DNA of 64,000 nucleotides. It comes from an uncultured Candidatus Saccharibacteria bacterium. Its GTDB lineage: Bacteria > Patescibacteriota > Doudnabacteria > UBA920. Positions 1 through 9,569 of the stretch are shown here, in pieces. The stretch spans positions 67,133 through 131,132 of the forward strand of contig CAZKVS010000001.1 in assembly GCA_964556325.1 (NCBI GenBank), in the 5' to 3' direction. The number at the start of each line of letters is the position of its first letter. Positions within the stretch are counted from its first letter, which is position 1. A program made the translations under genes and the position numbers. Below the pieces are notes generated by a model that ran no database searches, was not told the origin of the DNA, and saw only the letters and a program-made list of their open reading frames with translations.

Positions 1-369
1 AGAGGGAACCCCGGACCGGCAGGCATTGGCGTAGTTATTCGGGATGAATCTGAGACTATTATTTTTGAACATGGCGCGTACATAGGCGACCAAACGAACA
101 ATTTTGCCGAGTACAGTGCGCTCATAAAGGCTTTAGAGACTGCTCGCGACCTAGGCGGGACAGACCTGCTGGTGCGCATGGACAGCGAGCTTATAGTGAA
201 GCAAATGCAGGGCCTATATAAAATAAAAGAACCAACCCTCCAAGGATTGGCCAGCCAGGTGTTAAAGCTCAAAAGTAATTTTAAGAGTGTAGTTTTTACT
301 CACGTGCGGCGCGAGTTCAACAAAGACGCCGACCGTATGGTCAACCAAGCCTTGGACGCCCAGATGTAA
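1..369 (+). CDS. rnhA: Ribonuclease H (RNase HI-type), 5' partial
   Basis: Frame 1 is open from base 1 and reads RGNPGPAGIGVVIRDE...NNFAEYSALIKALE...DSELIVKQMQG, ending ...MVNQALDAQM* at 369. This matches the RNase H fold (conserved E-Y motif and DSxLV). Confidence 0.6.
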   Translation, partial: RGNPGPAGIGVVIRDESETIIFEHGAYIGDQTNNFAEYSALIKALETARDLGGTDLLVRMDSELIVKQMQGLYKIKEPTLQGLASQVLKLKSNFKSVVFTHVRREFNKDADRMVNQALDAQM

Positions 370-502
370 ATAATTATCTGAATACGAAAAAGACGAAGTG
401 TATCGGAGCGCTGAGATGCTCCACACTTCGTCTTTTTGCTTTTGACTTTGAAATCCTCCCTGTTGATTGTTTCGCAGAGCGCTGATACGCTCCGTGTTTG
501 GA

Positions 503-1021
503 TTAGTGGCGGATGTCAATTTGGACCATCCGCCGACGTCTTTCTGCTGGTACGTTGTCCCAGCAGCTCATCGTATAATGAAGTAGTTTCTCCGCTCCTC
601 GGATCTGAAACCATGACTTCTTGTCGCCTGGCCCTTTGACTCGGTGGATATATGGGTTACCCAAGAGTGGGGCCTGCGCCGTACATACGACTGGCATGTC
701 CAAGGGAAGATAAAGCTCTTCCGTGACTTCGCTGGTGTCTTTATATACCAGTAGTACGACATCATCCGGTGCGTCTGGATTACCGTCGGCGTCATCTGGC
801 CACTCGTGGAAAACGCTTTCCGGAATCAGGCAGGACTCGCCGGGCTGCATAGCCCCGAGTGTGGTGCGGTAACCCATCGCTGAGTTCTCGGAAGTAAAGC
901 TTACTTCTACCGAAGGGGTTGATTGGTTGGGGCTAAAATCCCTGCCCAACGTGAAACCCCACACTAGCACCCCGAACAGGACGATGAAGCAAAGCGCAAT
1001 TTTGAGAAAGGTGTTACCCAT
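503..1021 (-). CDS. Membrane-anchored S26 signal-peptidase-I-like protein (paralogue A; catalytic residues look divergent)
   Basis: N-terminal TM helix. LGAMQPGESCL resembles the GDSMxPT box. YIHRVKGPGD resembles the YVKRIIGLPGD box. Ser is replaced by Ala and Lys by His. Confidence 0.35.
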   Translation of the reverse strand: MGNTFLKIALCFIVLFGVLVWGFTLGRDFSPNQSTPSVEVSFTSENSAMGYRTTLGAMQPGESCLIPESVFHEWPDDADGNPDAPDDVVLLVYKDTSEVTEELYLPLDMPVVCTAQAPLLGNPYIHRVKGPGDKKSWFQIRGAEKLLHYTMSCWDNVPAERRRRMVQIDIRH

Positions 1022-1186
1022 TTGCTCAAAGGTTTTGAAGATTTGTCTGACGCCCGCCAGATGTTTTTTTTGTCGAGTATTTCATGCCTTTTTCCTCCAA
1101 TGTAGCATGAGACGGTTCTTGGTCTGTCACCGTACTTAGCCCACATAGTGCTAGTTTTCGGTGACTGATTGGTTTTGGTTTTCGAT

Positions 1187-1741
1187 TTAGTTGTCTTCGC
1201 CCCACATGCCGTCATCAACGGCAATGAGGTTTGACTTTTCGTTCTCAGGCATGCCTGCCAAGGCTCTGATACGCGTCTGCGTGTTCCCGGGTACATAGAT
1301 CCTGTACCAAGGCTCACTGTCCGTAGGTCCTTTAATCTTCCGGATATAGGACAGCCCGAACTTCGGAGCCTGCGGGGTACACAAGACCGGTGCACCTGCC
1401 GGGATGAATTCCTTGCCGTCTTCCGATTCAATTACCGGCAGAGCATCCGGTCCAAGCTTGCCTCGTCCTGCTTGCAGGAACATGTTCTCCGGTAGAACAC
1501 AGCGGTCGCCGGGTTGCATTGTTGCCACGGTTTTGAGTTGACCCAAGCAGCAAACCACCGGCGCCTGCTGGATGTGTTGAATCAAGTTGTTTTGTCCAGC
1601 CGCGGTGGGTGGTTTAAGGAAGTTTTGGTAGGCCCCCCAGCCTAAACCAAACCCAAAGAAAATAGCTGCAAGCAACATGAACGTTGCGGCAACCGGATCA
1701 TTAACCATGCTTTTTCTCAGATTAGCGAAAAAGGTCTTCAT
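1187..1741 (-). CDS. Membrane-anchored S26 signal-peptidase-I-like protein (paralogue B)
   Basis: Tandem paralogue of 503..1021. N-terminal TM helix. Motifs TMQPGDRCVLPE, SYIRKIKGPTD and VDDGMWGEDN. Confidence 0.35.
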   Translation of the reverse strand: MKTFFANLRKSMVNDPVAATFMLLAAIFFGFGLGWGAYQNFLKPPTAAGQNNLIQHIQQAPVVCCLGQLKTVATMQPGDRCVLPENMFLQAGRGKLGPDALPVIESEDGKEFIPAGAPVLCTPQAPKFGLSYIRKIKGPTDSEPWYRIYVPGNTQTRIRALAGMPENEKSNLIAVDDGMWGEDN

Positions 1742-1898
1742 TTCATTTACCTCCGATTTTTTGCGATTGATTTTTGGTCACCCCATAGCTGAGCACATGT
1801 AGTGCTGCTTTAGGGTGGCGAGTGTTGGTTCTTGTGAAATGCCATGCAAAAAAGCCTTATAATTAAGGCTTTTATTGCGTATATATTATACTATAAAA

Positions 1899-3185
1899 CT
1901 AGCGTAATGTCAATATGCGTAAAGAGGTACCGGTGAGATAAACCAGTGTAGTATCGTTGAGGTATTGCAGGTGAGTGAACTGGTCTCCATTATCTAACAC
2001 GTACCTATTTTGTTCACCTCGGTCGTCTAACTCAAGGGCCACAAGTTGTTTGCCTTGGGCAAAGAGCGCGTATTGGAGGCTGGGTTGCACAATGTTTCCG
2101 GTAAATCCTTCGCCGCTCCGGGAGACTAATCGGCCGGTATTGCGACTGCTGTCATACCACCAGAGTTCACCGGCAGCCGTATAACTGAGAGTACCGGTTT
2201 GGTCAGAACCGGTTGTAACGCCGGTAGCTATAACTTCCGGTTGAGCGTTTACGCGATACAATGTTTTGTTGCTGAGCACAAACACTGCTTTTTCGCTATC
2301 TATGTAGAGGTGTGCGTCTTGTGTGGGGATGTTCTTTGTAAGCAGTTGGTCGTTGCTTAGCCCGTTCGTAGTTATGGTTGCGTGGTGTAGGTCACCTGTT
2401 TCTATCTCTTTTTCTATGTAGTATAGGTCTGCCTCACGGACGCGGAGTGCATATACGTTAGAGGCGAGCACAAGCGGCTTAGCGGTGAGTTTTTCAAACG
2501 AAAGCGCAAGTAGTACATGGTCGGGTGTGAGGACGAGCGCTACATTTTCAGTAAATAGTACTTGCGCAAGGGTAGGCACTTGTTTTGTAATATCAGTGAG
2601 CACAAACCCATCGGGGTTTAGTACTAAGAAAGAGTGAGCAGTGCGAATGCCTATAAAAGCATTAGTGGGGTTGGTTATAAGTTCTATAGGCGTTTCGGGA
2701 AGTGTCGTGCGAGTCGTCCGATCAGGCTCATCTAAGTTTGGTATGAGTGTAAGGGTGAGACCGCTCGCGTATACCAGCCCTTTGCTGTAAGCAGCGTATG
2801 AAGTAACTTCTGGGGCCAACTCCTGTGGCGTTTCGCGTTTAAGCAAAATTTGTTTTTCCGGGTTAGGGTTTGTGTACGTGACGTGGCCTGCCACCACAGG
2901 AAGTCGCTTTTGCCAATCCCAGTAGCCGTTTTTGTGCAGCTGGATAGTATAGTCCCCAGTGGGAACAAAACGAACAGATGCCGGAGTGGTGTCTTCCAGT
3001 TCGCCGTCTACAGAGACTTCCGCACCGCTCGGGTCGCTGGTTACAGAAATTATACCTGTTGGTTGCATGCGTCGGTTTCCTGCGAGTGGTAATTTACCCT
3101 GTACGTACAGGACTAAAGCGGGGGCAGTAACGGCAAAAAAGAGAATGCCTAGTACGAGTAAGGTATAACGAGGTTTTCGGGTCAT
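1899..3185 (-). CDS. PEGA-domain membrane/surface protein
   Basis: N-terminal TM helix followed by a PEGA-like segment (SVTSDPSGAEVSVDGE...TIQLHKNGYWDW). The rest is large and beta-rich. Confidence 0.45.
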   Translation of the reverse strand: MTRKPRYTLLVLGILFFAVTAPALVLYVQGKLPLAGNRRMQPTGIISVTSDPSGAEVSVDGELEDTTPASVRFVPTGDYTIQLHKNGYWDWQKRLPVVAGHVTYTNPNPEKQILLKRETPQELAPEVTSYAAYSKGLVYASGLTLTLIPNLDEPDRTTRTTLPETPIELITNPTNAFIGIRTAHSFLVLNPDGFVLTDITKQVPTLAQVLFTENVALVLTPDHVLLALSFEKLTAKPLVLASNVYALRVREADLYYIEKEIETGDLHHATITTNGLSNDQLLTKNIPTQDAHLYIDSEKAVFVLSNKTLYRVNAQPEVIATGVTTGSDQTGTLSYTAAGELWWYDSSRNTGRLVSRSGEGFTGNIVQPSLQYALFAQGKQLVALELDDRGEQNRYVLDNGDQFTHLQYLNDTTLVYLTGTSLRILTLR

Positions 3186-3385
3186 ATAAATGCAGAAGTC
3201 AGAATTTTAGAATGCCTAATAAAATCAGTGCACTTTCTTGTATTTTAGCGGTTTTTTTGGCCTATTACAATGAGCAGCATTTTGGTATACTAAAGACCAG
3301 TAATGAGAAATGAGGCTTGAGGTATGAGTCTGCTAAAAGCGAGTTTTACTCATTACTCACGGCTCATTACTCACTACTATTTTTT

Positions 3386-4402
3386 ATGGCAAAGTGGTTG
3401 CAAAACAAGATTGGGATAGACTTAGGCACAGCCAATACATTGGTGTTTTTGCCTCAGAAGGGAATTGTAATAAATGAACCCACGGTAGTGGCTATTACAT
3501 TGGATGACAATCGGGTTTTGGCGGTTGGCCAGGAGGCAAAAGATATGCTCGGTCGGACGCCAGAAACAATCGTAGCCCGCCGTCCTATGCGAGATGGGGT
3601 TATAGCAGATTACCGCGTAACCGAGGCTATGCTGCGGTATTTCATCAATAAGGCGCTCACAGGCTTTCGGCTCATGCGGCCTGAAGTAATGATTAGTGTG
3701 CCTGGCGGTGTTACTTCGACTGAACGAAGGGCTGTGCTTGACGCTGCTCGTGCTGCTGGTGCTCGGCAGGCTTTTGTAATTAAAGAGACGGTGGCGGCGG
3801 CTATTGGGGCAGGTATACCTATTGGCAGCGCTGCAGGGAACTTGGTTATAGATATTGGCGGCGGCACAACCGATGTAGCAGTGCTTTCTCTGGGAGGTAT
3901 TGTAACTTCTACTTCAGTGCGAGTTGCAGGAAACCGTTTAGATCAAAGCATTGTAGATTATGTTCGGAAAAAGCATGGTTTAACCATCGGAGATAGAACC
4001 GCAGAAGAGATTAAAATTAACATAGGTAGCGCACTCCGCCTTCCAGAAGAAGAAGTTATGGAAGTAAAGGGTCGCGATGTTATTTTGGGCTTACCTCGGA
4101 GTATTACTGTTTCCACCAACGAGGTTGTAGAGGCCATTCAGGAAGACTTAATTGAAATGGTTCGGGCTATCAAGACCGTCTTACAAGAAACGCCACCTGA
4201 GCTTATAAGCGATATTATAGATAAAGGCATGGTTATGACCGGGGGTACTGCCTTACTCAGGAATTTAGACCGGTATATTACTCAGGCTATTAGTGTGCCG
4301 TGTTTTGTGGCGGAAGACGCGCTTTTGTGTGTAGCGAAAGGCACGGGCGTGGCTTTGGATAACTTGGACAGCTATAAGCGCAGTATATTGAGTATAAAAT
4401 AA
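3386..4402 (+). CDS. mreB: Rod shape-determining actin homologue MreB
   Basis: KIGIDLGTANTLVF, DIGGGTTDVAV and the C-terminal GTG motif. Start moved to the internal Met (MAKWLQNK) of the 3317 ORF. Confidence 0.9.
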   Translation: MAKWLQNKIGIDLGTANTLVFLPQKGIVINEPTVVAITLDDNRVLAVGQEAKDMLGRTPETIVARRPMRDGVIADYRVTEAMLRYFINKALTGFRLMRPEVMISVPGGVTSTERRAVLDAARAAGARQAFVIKETVAAAIGAGIPIGSAAGNLVIDIGGGTTDVAVLSLGGIVTSTSVRVAGNRLDQSIVDYVRKKHGLTIGDRTAEEIKINIGSALRLPEEEVMEVKGRDVILGLPRSITVSTNEVVEAIQEDLIEMVRAIKTVLQETPPELISDIIDKGMVMTGGTALLRNLDRYITQAISVPCFVAEDALLCVAKGTGVALDNLDSYKRSILSIK

Positions 4403-4554
4403 ACGTAGTGCTTACAGGGCGCTCATACATGTAAAAGTTTTAAAACTTTTACATGTATTTTTTTATCCACTAGTAAATTAGTTTTTTTGTTGACATGTAC
4501 TGTGGTATACTTAAATAAATATTGAGTTATTAAAATTGAGAAACAAAAATTAGT

Positions 4555-5076
4555 ATGTCAGAAACTACACGGAAATCTTTTTATATTTTTCTGTCTACAT
4601 TTCTTGGGGTGTTATTGTTTTTAATGTTAGATAGAGCCGCGTTTTTAATAGCGTTTATTGCCGGGGCAGACATTACCTCTTTGCCTGTACTTGCCTTAGA
4701 GTACGTAACTTCCATGATAGCTGTCGCCTTTGGGGCGTGGTATGGTATTTGGCTCGGTCTTGTTTGGTATGCTGCGGTATACGAAGAGAAAACTACTCGA
4801 GGAGTGTATGGGTGGATAAGGGGTTTTCGTGGTGGGGCAGTGGGCGCCGCTCAGGACGGTTCTTGGGAAATAGACGACTTAGTTACGGTAACCTCCAACG
4901 ACTCAAAAGGACGAGAGAAGCTAGATTATTTTGAAGCAAACACGGTTAAATTTGCTGGTGGTTCTCCGGTTGCCTCTAGTAGGTTGCAACTTGCCCCGGA
5001 AGACGAAATGCCCAAACCGCGAGTGGTAGCAAAGCGTGCGCCTCGGAAGACGGCGGTAAGAAAAACAGTCTCTTAA
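4555..5076 (+). CDS. Hypothetical membrane protein with basic C-terminus
   Basis: Several predicted TM helices. The C-terminus is Lys/Arg-rich. Confidence 0.4.
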   Translation: MSETTRKSFYIFLSTFLGVLLFLMLDRAAFLIAFIAGADITSLPVLALEYVTSMIAVAFGAWYGIWLGLVWYAAVYEEKTTRGVYGWIRGFRGGAVGAAQDGSWEIDDLVTVTSNDSKGREKLDYFEANTVKFAGGSPVASSRLQLAPEDEMPKPRVVAKRAPRKTAVRKTVS

Positions 5077-5169
5077 ATGTAGAAGTTAGAATGCAGAATT
5101 CAGAATGAATTATGCGCTGGGTGGGCTCTGCATTTTCTATTCATAATTCTACATTCATAATTCTGCATG
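5077..5169. repeat. Word-built intergenic palindrome (GAAT/AGAAT words)
   Basis: gtagaagttagaatgcagaattcagaatgaattatg ... cattttctattcataattctacattcataattctgcatg. Confidence 0.6.
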
Positions 5170-5553
5170 TATATGACCTACGCTAAACTGCTTGGTTTTG
5201 GATTTATTTTAGCCGCTGTCTTAGTTGTACTGAAAACTATTTTTTTCGGGTATTTTACGTGGGAAGATACTTCAGCGTTGCATTATGTGTATTGGGGTGT
5301 AGCTGCATTGCTAACGCCTGCATTAGTTCGGCGTTTGGGTGTTATTACTATTTTGGAGGCCATGGTAGTGGCTGTACTCTGGCTCGTAATGGAAATAATA
5401 GGGGATTTAATAATTGCCGCGCCCATTGCGGGTTGGCGAGTGTTGGTTGACTCCAATTTTGCTATCGGCTACCTTATTCCTTCTTTAGTTATATTTATGT
5501 TTCATAAAAAGCGTCACGTGCACGTGCGGAAGCAGCTCGCGGCGGCAAAATAG
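5167..5553 (+). CDS. Hypothetical membrane protein
   Basis: 128 aa with about four hydrophobic helices. Confidence 0.4.
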   Translation: MYMTYAKLLGFGFILAAVLVVLKTIFFGYFTWEDTSALHYVYWGVAALLTPALVRRLGVITILEAMVVAVLWLVMEIIGDLIIAAPIAGWRVLVDSNFAIGYLIPSLVIFMFHKKRHVHVRKQLAAAK

Positions 5554-5649
5554 TGGACAAGCATTGGAAGCGCCTCTCATCAAGGCGTTTTTTTTGTTAT
5601 TGACTATAGGTGTACGGTCGTATACTATACAAGAAATGACCACATAACA

Positions 5650-5737
5650 AATGTCTAATACCTAATTTCTAATGTCTAGTCGAAATGCACAAGACTGTCC
5701 GGACCATTAGGAATTAGATATTAGAAATTAGGTATTT
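5650..5737. repeat. Word-built intergenic palindrome (CTAAT words)
   Basis: aatgtctaatacctaatttctaatgtctag ... cattaggaattagatattagaaattaggtatt. Confidence 0.65.
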
Positions 5738-5749
5738 CTTTCTACCTGT

Positions 5750-7219
5750 ATGCAACGCATAATCATGCATATCGATATGAATAGCTACTTTGCTTCTTGC
5801 GAACAGCAGGACAATTTGGCGTGGCGCAATAAGCCGTTGGGAGTATGCGAGCATTTAGGGGGGATAATTATTGCGCCATCGGTCGAGGCGAAACGATGGG
5901 GGATTAAAACCGGGACGCCAGTGTGGGAAGCGCGAAAGCTGTGCCCTCAAATTATTTTGACTAAAACAAATCCAGATCGCTATCGATATTACACTGCCAA
6001 GTTTTTAAAAGTTTTTGAAGATTACACAGCAGATATTGAACGGTATAGTATAGACGAAGCGTTTTTGGATGTGACAAAAGTTTGCAATGTCCGGGCCTGT
6101 TCTCCCCCTCATGAGGGGGAGTTAGAGGGGGTCGTAGAACATGTCAATAATTCTCACATTACTATGACCTCCCTCAGCCCCTCCTCAAGAGGAGGGGGGC
6201 AGGAGAAAAGCTTGCCCTCAAGCGGGGGAGGACCGGATTTGGTTGACCCTTATGAAGAAGCAGCGCGTATTGCGAAAGAGATAAAGCAGCGCATGGAGCG
6301 GGAAGTGGGGGATTACCTGCGTTGCTCTGTGGGAATTGGCTGGAGTAAACTTATTGCAAAAATTGGCTCTGATATGCAGAAGCCCGATGGACTTACTGTG
6401 TTGCGCCCTATAGATAAGGCTTGGCTCTATAAGAAGTTGCAGTTGACGGATATGCCAGGTATTGGCACACGAATGGCTAGTCGTTTGCGAGAACGGGGTA
6501 TACGAACATTGGTGGACTTGCAGAAGTGTTCGGCTACTAGCCTACACAGTTGGTTCGGTATTATGGGCTATCATTTATGGTCTATGGGTCAGTTGGAGGG
6601 GCTGTGGCACGAAGATTTTTCCGAGCTTGCCCCTATAAAGTCGGTGGGGCATATGTATACCATTGCGGCAGAGTTTCGTAACCAGGTGGGTGTGGGAGAG
6701 CGAGTACTCTACAGGCTTTCAGAAATGGTTGCACGGCGGTTACGCACGCTGGGGGTAGGGGCAGTTGGACTGTCTGCACATGTGGCAGATAAAGAATATA
6801 ATTTTTTTGGCGGCCAACGACAGTTGGGTATCCCTACGGCAACAGGGCAGGATATTTTTCATGCTGCGAAACACGCCATAGTGGGAGAATTAGGCGGGGC
6901 GTGGCCAGCGACTATTTATCGCGTGGGGGTGACTGCGTTTGGCTTGCAGAGTAGCCAGCGCGTGCAGCTAAGCTTGTTTCCGGAAGTAAATAGACGCTTG
7001 CGTGCCGATGCGGCTTTGGACGCTATTAATCGAAAATATACCAAAGACGAGTGGCAGGAGGCACGAGAAAGAGCCTCTTTGGGGCGTACGCCTAGCAATA
7101 GAGGTGCTGACGCTATTTTGCCGGCTCCCGCATTTTTTGCCCAACGGGTTATTCGTGACTCCGCTGGGTTTGGTCGCATGCGGGAGTTTTCCGTTGCTGA
7201 TTATAAACGCGGCGATTAG
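5750..7219 (+). CDS. dinB: DNA polymerase IV (Y-family) carrying an in-frame ~48 aa insertion
   Basis: MHIDMNSYFASCEQ, IDEAFLDVT and LIAKIGSDMQKPDGL motifs. An extra GC-rich segment lies between the LDVT motif and the palm continuation (see findings). Confidence 0.85.
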   Translation: MQRIIMHIDMNSYFASCEQQDNLAWRNKPLGVCEHLGGIIIAPSVEAKRWGIKTGTPVWEARKLCPQIILTKTNPDRYRYYTAKFLKVFEDYTADIERYSIDEAFLDVTKVCNVRACSPPHEGELEGVVEHVNNSHITMTSLSPSSRGGGQEKSLPSSGGGPDLVDPYEEAARIAKEIKQRMEREVGDYLRCSVGIGWSKLIAKIGSDMQKPDGLTVLRPIDKAWLYKKLQLTDMPGIGTRMASRLRERGIRTLVDLQKCSATSLHSWFGIMGYHLWSMGQLEGLWHEDFSELAPIKSVGHMYTIAAEFRNQVGVGERVLYRLSEMVARRLRTLGVGAVGLSAHVADKEYNFFGGQRQLGIPTATGQDIFHAAKHAIVGELGGAWPATIYRVGVTAFGLQSSQRVQLSLFPEVNRRLRADAALDAINRKYTKDEWQEARERASLGRTPSNRGADAILPAPAFFAQRVIRDSAGFGRMREFSVADYKRGD

Positions 7220-7223
7220 CAAG

Positions 7224-7326
7224 GCAGAATTATGAATCATGAAGTATGAATCAAGAGATAGACCACTCTTTTTCTAAAAGAAAAAGAGTGGTCTCCATAA
7301 TTCATAATTCCACATTCTTGATTCCG
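7224..7326. repeat. Word-built palindrome (TGAAT words) around a terminator hairpin
   Basis: cagaattatgaatcatgaagtatgaatcaag | agaccactctttttctaaaagaaaaagagtggtct | ccataattcataattccacattcttgattc. Confidence 0.65.
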
Positions 7327-7377
7327 TGCCTCACTTTGCTGTGGTATACTAAAAGTACTGTGATTAAGCAAAAAAGT

Positions 7378-7647
7378 ATGGCAGACGAAACAGAAAATTA
7401 TAAAAAAATGTTGTCCGACTTAATCAAGAAGCAAATGGTTATGCTCGGCCCCAATATTGCGCTCGATAAAGCACGTAAAGTGCCCGGCTTAAAGTTGGAC
7501 GATAGTGGTGAAGTGTTGGAAATGGACGGCGATCCTCGTATGGTTTTAAAGGGTGTGGCCAATGAATATATGACACTTTCAGGCCAAATTGCTCAAATGA
7601 CTCTCAATACTTTGTTAGAAAAATATCCTGGGGTACAGAACATCTAA
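7378..7647 (+). CDS. Small hypothetical protein
   Basis: Internal ATG at 7378 (MADETENYKKMLSDL...). The upstream part of the 7246 ORF lies inside a terminator-like palindrome. Confidence 0.4.
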   Translation: MADETENYKKMLSDLIKKQMVMLGPNIALDKARKVPGLKLDDSGEVLEMDGDPRMVLKGVANEYMTLSGQIAQMTLNTLLEKYPGVQNI

Positions 7648-7650
7648 AAC

Positions 7651-7752
7651 CGATGCGAAACTACGAATGATGCGAATCAACGAATGTCCTACGAATGCAA
7701 TTCTCCGTAGCTGGTTCGTAGATTCGCATGTATTCGTATATTCGCATCGCAT
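7651..7752. repeat. Word-built intergenic palindrome (CGAAT words)
   Basis: gatgcgaaactacgaatgatgcgaatcaacgaatg ... cgtagattcgcatgtattcgtatattcgcatcgcat. Confidence 0.65.
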
Positions 7753-7764
7753 ATAAAATAAACA

Positions 7765-9429
7765 ATGTTACTCAACATAATTTTAATTGTAGACTTGGTC
7801 CTGCTGGCCATTATGGTGGGGGTGTATATTCATTACACCTTGCGTGAGCGTTATTTGCTGCAGGGTCAGGTTGGTCAAGCATATGAGCTCCAGCAGCGTA
7901 TATACCAAATTCAGGTGCTTAAGGAGATTGGGGAGCGTATTGGGTATTCGTTGGATACAAATAAAATCGTAGAAATTATTACCAGCAGCCTTGGGAGTTT
8001 ACTGGAGTACGATACCGTGTCGTACATGGTCTTGCAGGGACAGGGTGACCAGCTGGTGTTTAAGTGCCATGTCAATAACACCGTGACTCACGCGTTTTTG
8101 GGTGAAGTGCGGGAGAAAATGTTGTTGTCGGTAAGCGCTATCTTGGACCGGGATTTTAAACCGGAGCTGGTAGATGAAAGCGTGACGGGGAATATTTTAG
8201 ACGATAACCTCAAAGTAAGTCTAAAGTCCTATTTTAACTTGCCGGTTGTTATAGGCGATAAATTAGTAGGGCTTATTAATGTAGGTTCGCAAGTGCCCGG
8301 TCAGTATGGGGATGCACAGGCGTCTATTTTGTATTCTATTACCAACCAAGCCTCTACGGCTGTATCTAAGTTGCAAGCAGTGCTGGAGAGTGAAAAGGGT
8401 AAATTGGTTGCTGTCATAAACTCTATGACCGATGGGGTAGTCATGGTGGATATGCGTAACCAGGTGTTGGTATCTAACCCAGCTGTGCGAAGTCTGCTAG
8501 AGATTGCTGGTGGGCAAGACACAACTATGTATGATGTGGTGGACGCGCTGGCCGGCAAAGTAGATGTGCGGACTAAGATTGAGCAGGCCATTGGCACTAA
8601 GTCGCCCATTGTGATTAGTGGGGTACAGTTGAAAGACCATATGGTAGAGCTGACCATAACACCAGTACGAAGTCAACAAGGGGATCAGTTAGGTGCGGCG
8701 GTGGTGTTCCATGATATTACGACGGAAAAAGACTTAGAAAAGCTTCGTCAGGACTTTACGGCTATGATGGTGCACGAACTCCGTGCGCCATTAACTGCCG
8801 TACGCTGGTCCAGTGAGTCGTTGGGCAAAATGGCCGTACCCGGCGCGGCTATAGAACCTAAGAAAATAGAAGAAACAGCCCTCACTATAAGCTCAGCTTC
8901 TCGGAACATGCTGGAGTTGGTCAATGACTTGCTGGATGTAGCTAAAATTGAGGCTGGTAAGTTTGATTTGAACCTGCAAGAGTACGATATTGTCGCTATT
9001 ATTAAAGACCAGCTGCTTACCTTTAAGGCTTTGGCTGAGCAAAAGCGGCTGCAGTTGAGTGATACGCTTCCAGATAAATTTATGGTAAAATGTGACAAGG
9101 TTCGCATTTCTCAGGCTTTGGAGAACCTGCTGTCTAACGCTATAAAATACACGGACAGCGGCCAGGTTATGGTCACTCTCACTATAGACCAGCAGAACAA
9201 AAAAGCGACCGTGGCGGTGAAGGACTCTGGGGTGGGCGTCAGCCGAGAAGATATTTCGCAGCTGTTCTCCAAGTTCCGCCAGCTCAAAAATACTGATAAT
9301 GCTCGCAAGGGTACTGGTCTTGGGCTGGTGGTGAGTAAAGGTATTGTGGAGGCGCACGGCGGTCAAATTTGGGCGGAGAGCGCGGGCGACAACATGGGTA
9401 CGACTTTTTACTTTACATTACCATTATAA
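7765..9429 (+). CDS. Sensor histidine kinase (TM-GAF-PAS-HisKA-HATPase)
   Basis: N-terminal TM. H-box HELRAPLTAV. N-box LLSNAIKYT. G-boxes DSGVGV and GTGLGL. Confidence 0.85.
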   Translation: MLLNIILIVDLVLLAIMVGVYIHYTLRERYLLQGQVGQAYELQQRIYQIQVLKEIGERIGYSLDTNKIVEIITSSLGSLLEYDTVSYMVLQGQGDQLVFKCHVNNTVTHAFLGEVREKMLLSVSAILDRDFKPELVDESVTGNILDDNLKVSLKSYFNLPVVIGDKLVGLINVGSQVPGQYGDAQASILYSITNQASTAVSKLQAVLESEKGKLVAVINSMTDGVVMVDMRNQVLVSNPAVRSLLEIAGGQDTTMYDVVDALAGKVDVRTKIEQAIGTKSPIVISGVQLKDHMVELTITPVRSQQGDQLGAAVVFHDITTEKDLEKLRQDFTAMMVHELRAPLTAVRWSSESLGKMAVPGAAIEPKKIEETALTISSASRNMLELVNDLLDVAKIEAGKFDLNLQEYDIVAIIKDQLLTFKALAEQKRLQLSDTLPDKFMVKCDKVRISQALENLLSNAIKYTDSGQVMVTLTIDQQNKKATVAVKDSGVGVSREDISQLFSKFRQLKNTDNARKGTGLGLVVSKGIVEAHGGQIWAESAGDNMGTTFYFTLPL

Positions 9430-9433
9430 ATTA

Positions 9434-9568
9434 ACGCGATCCGAAATTACGAATACATGCGAATCTACGAATAAACTACGAGTGAGACACAGGTGTGTTT
9501 TAGTTCGTTGCTTCGTAGACTATTCGCAGATTCGAATCATTTGTAGTTTCGCATCGGATACATTCGTA
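9434..9568. repeat. Word-built intergenic palindrome (CGAAT words)
   Basis: cgcgatccgaaattacgaatacatgcgaatctacgaataaactacgag ... cttcgtagactattcgcagattcgaatcatttgtagtttcgcatcggatacattcgtat. Confidence 0.65.
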
Positions 9569-9569
9569 T

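Noticed and set aside
8301-9366. Several minus-strand ORFs (8301..8657, 8497..8679, 8748..9107, 8893..9366, 9111..9308) inside the histidine kinase gene
   Set aside because: They are antisense to a gene with clear HK motifs and have no motifs of their own. Shadow ORFs.
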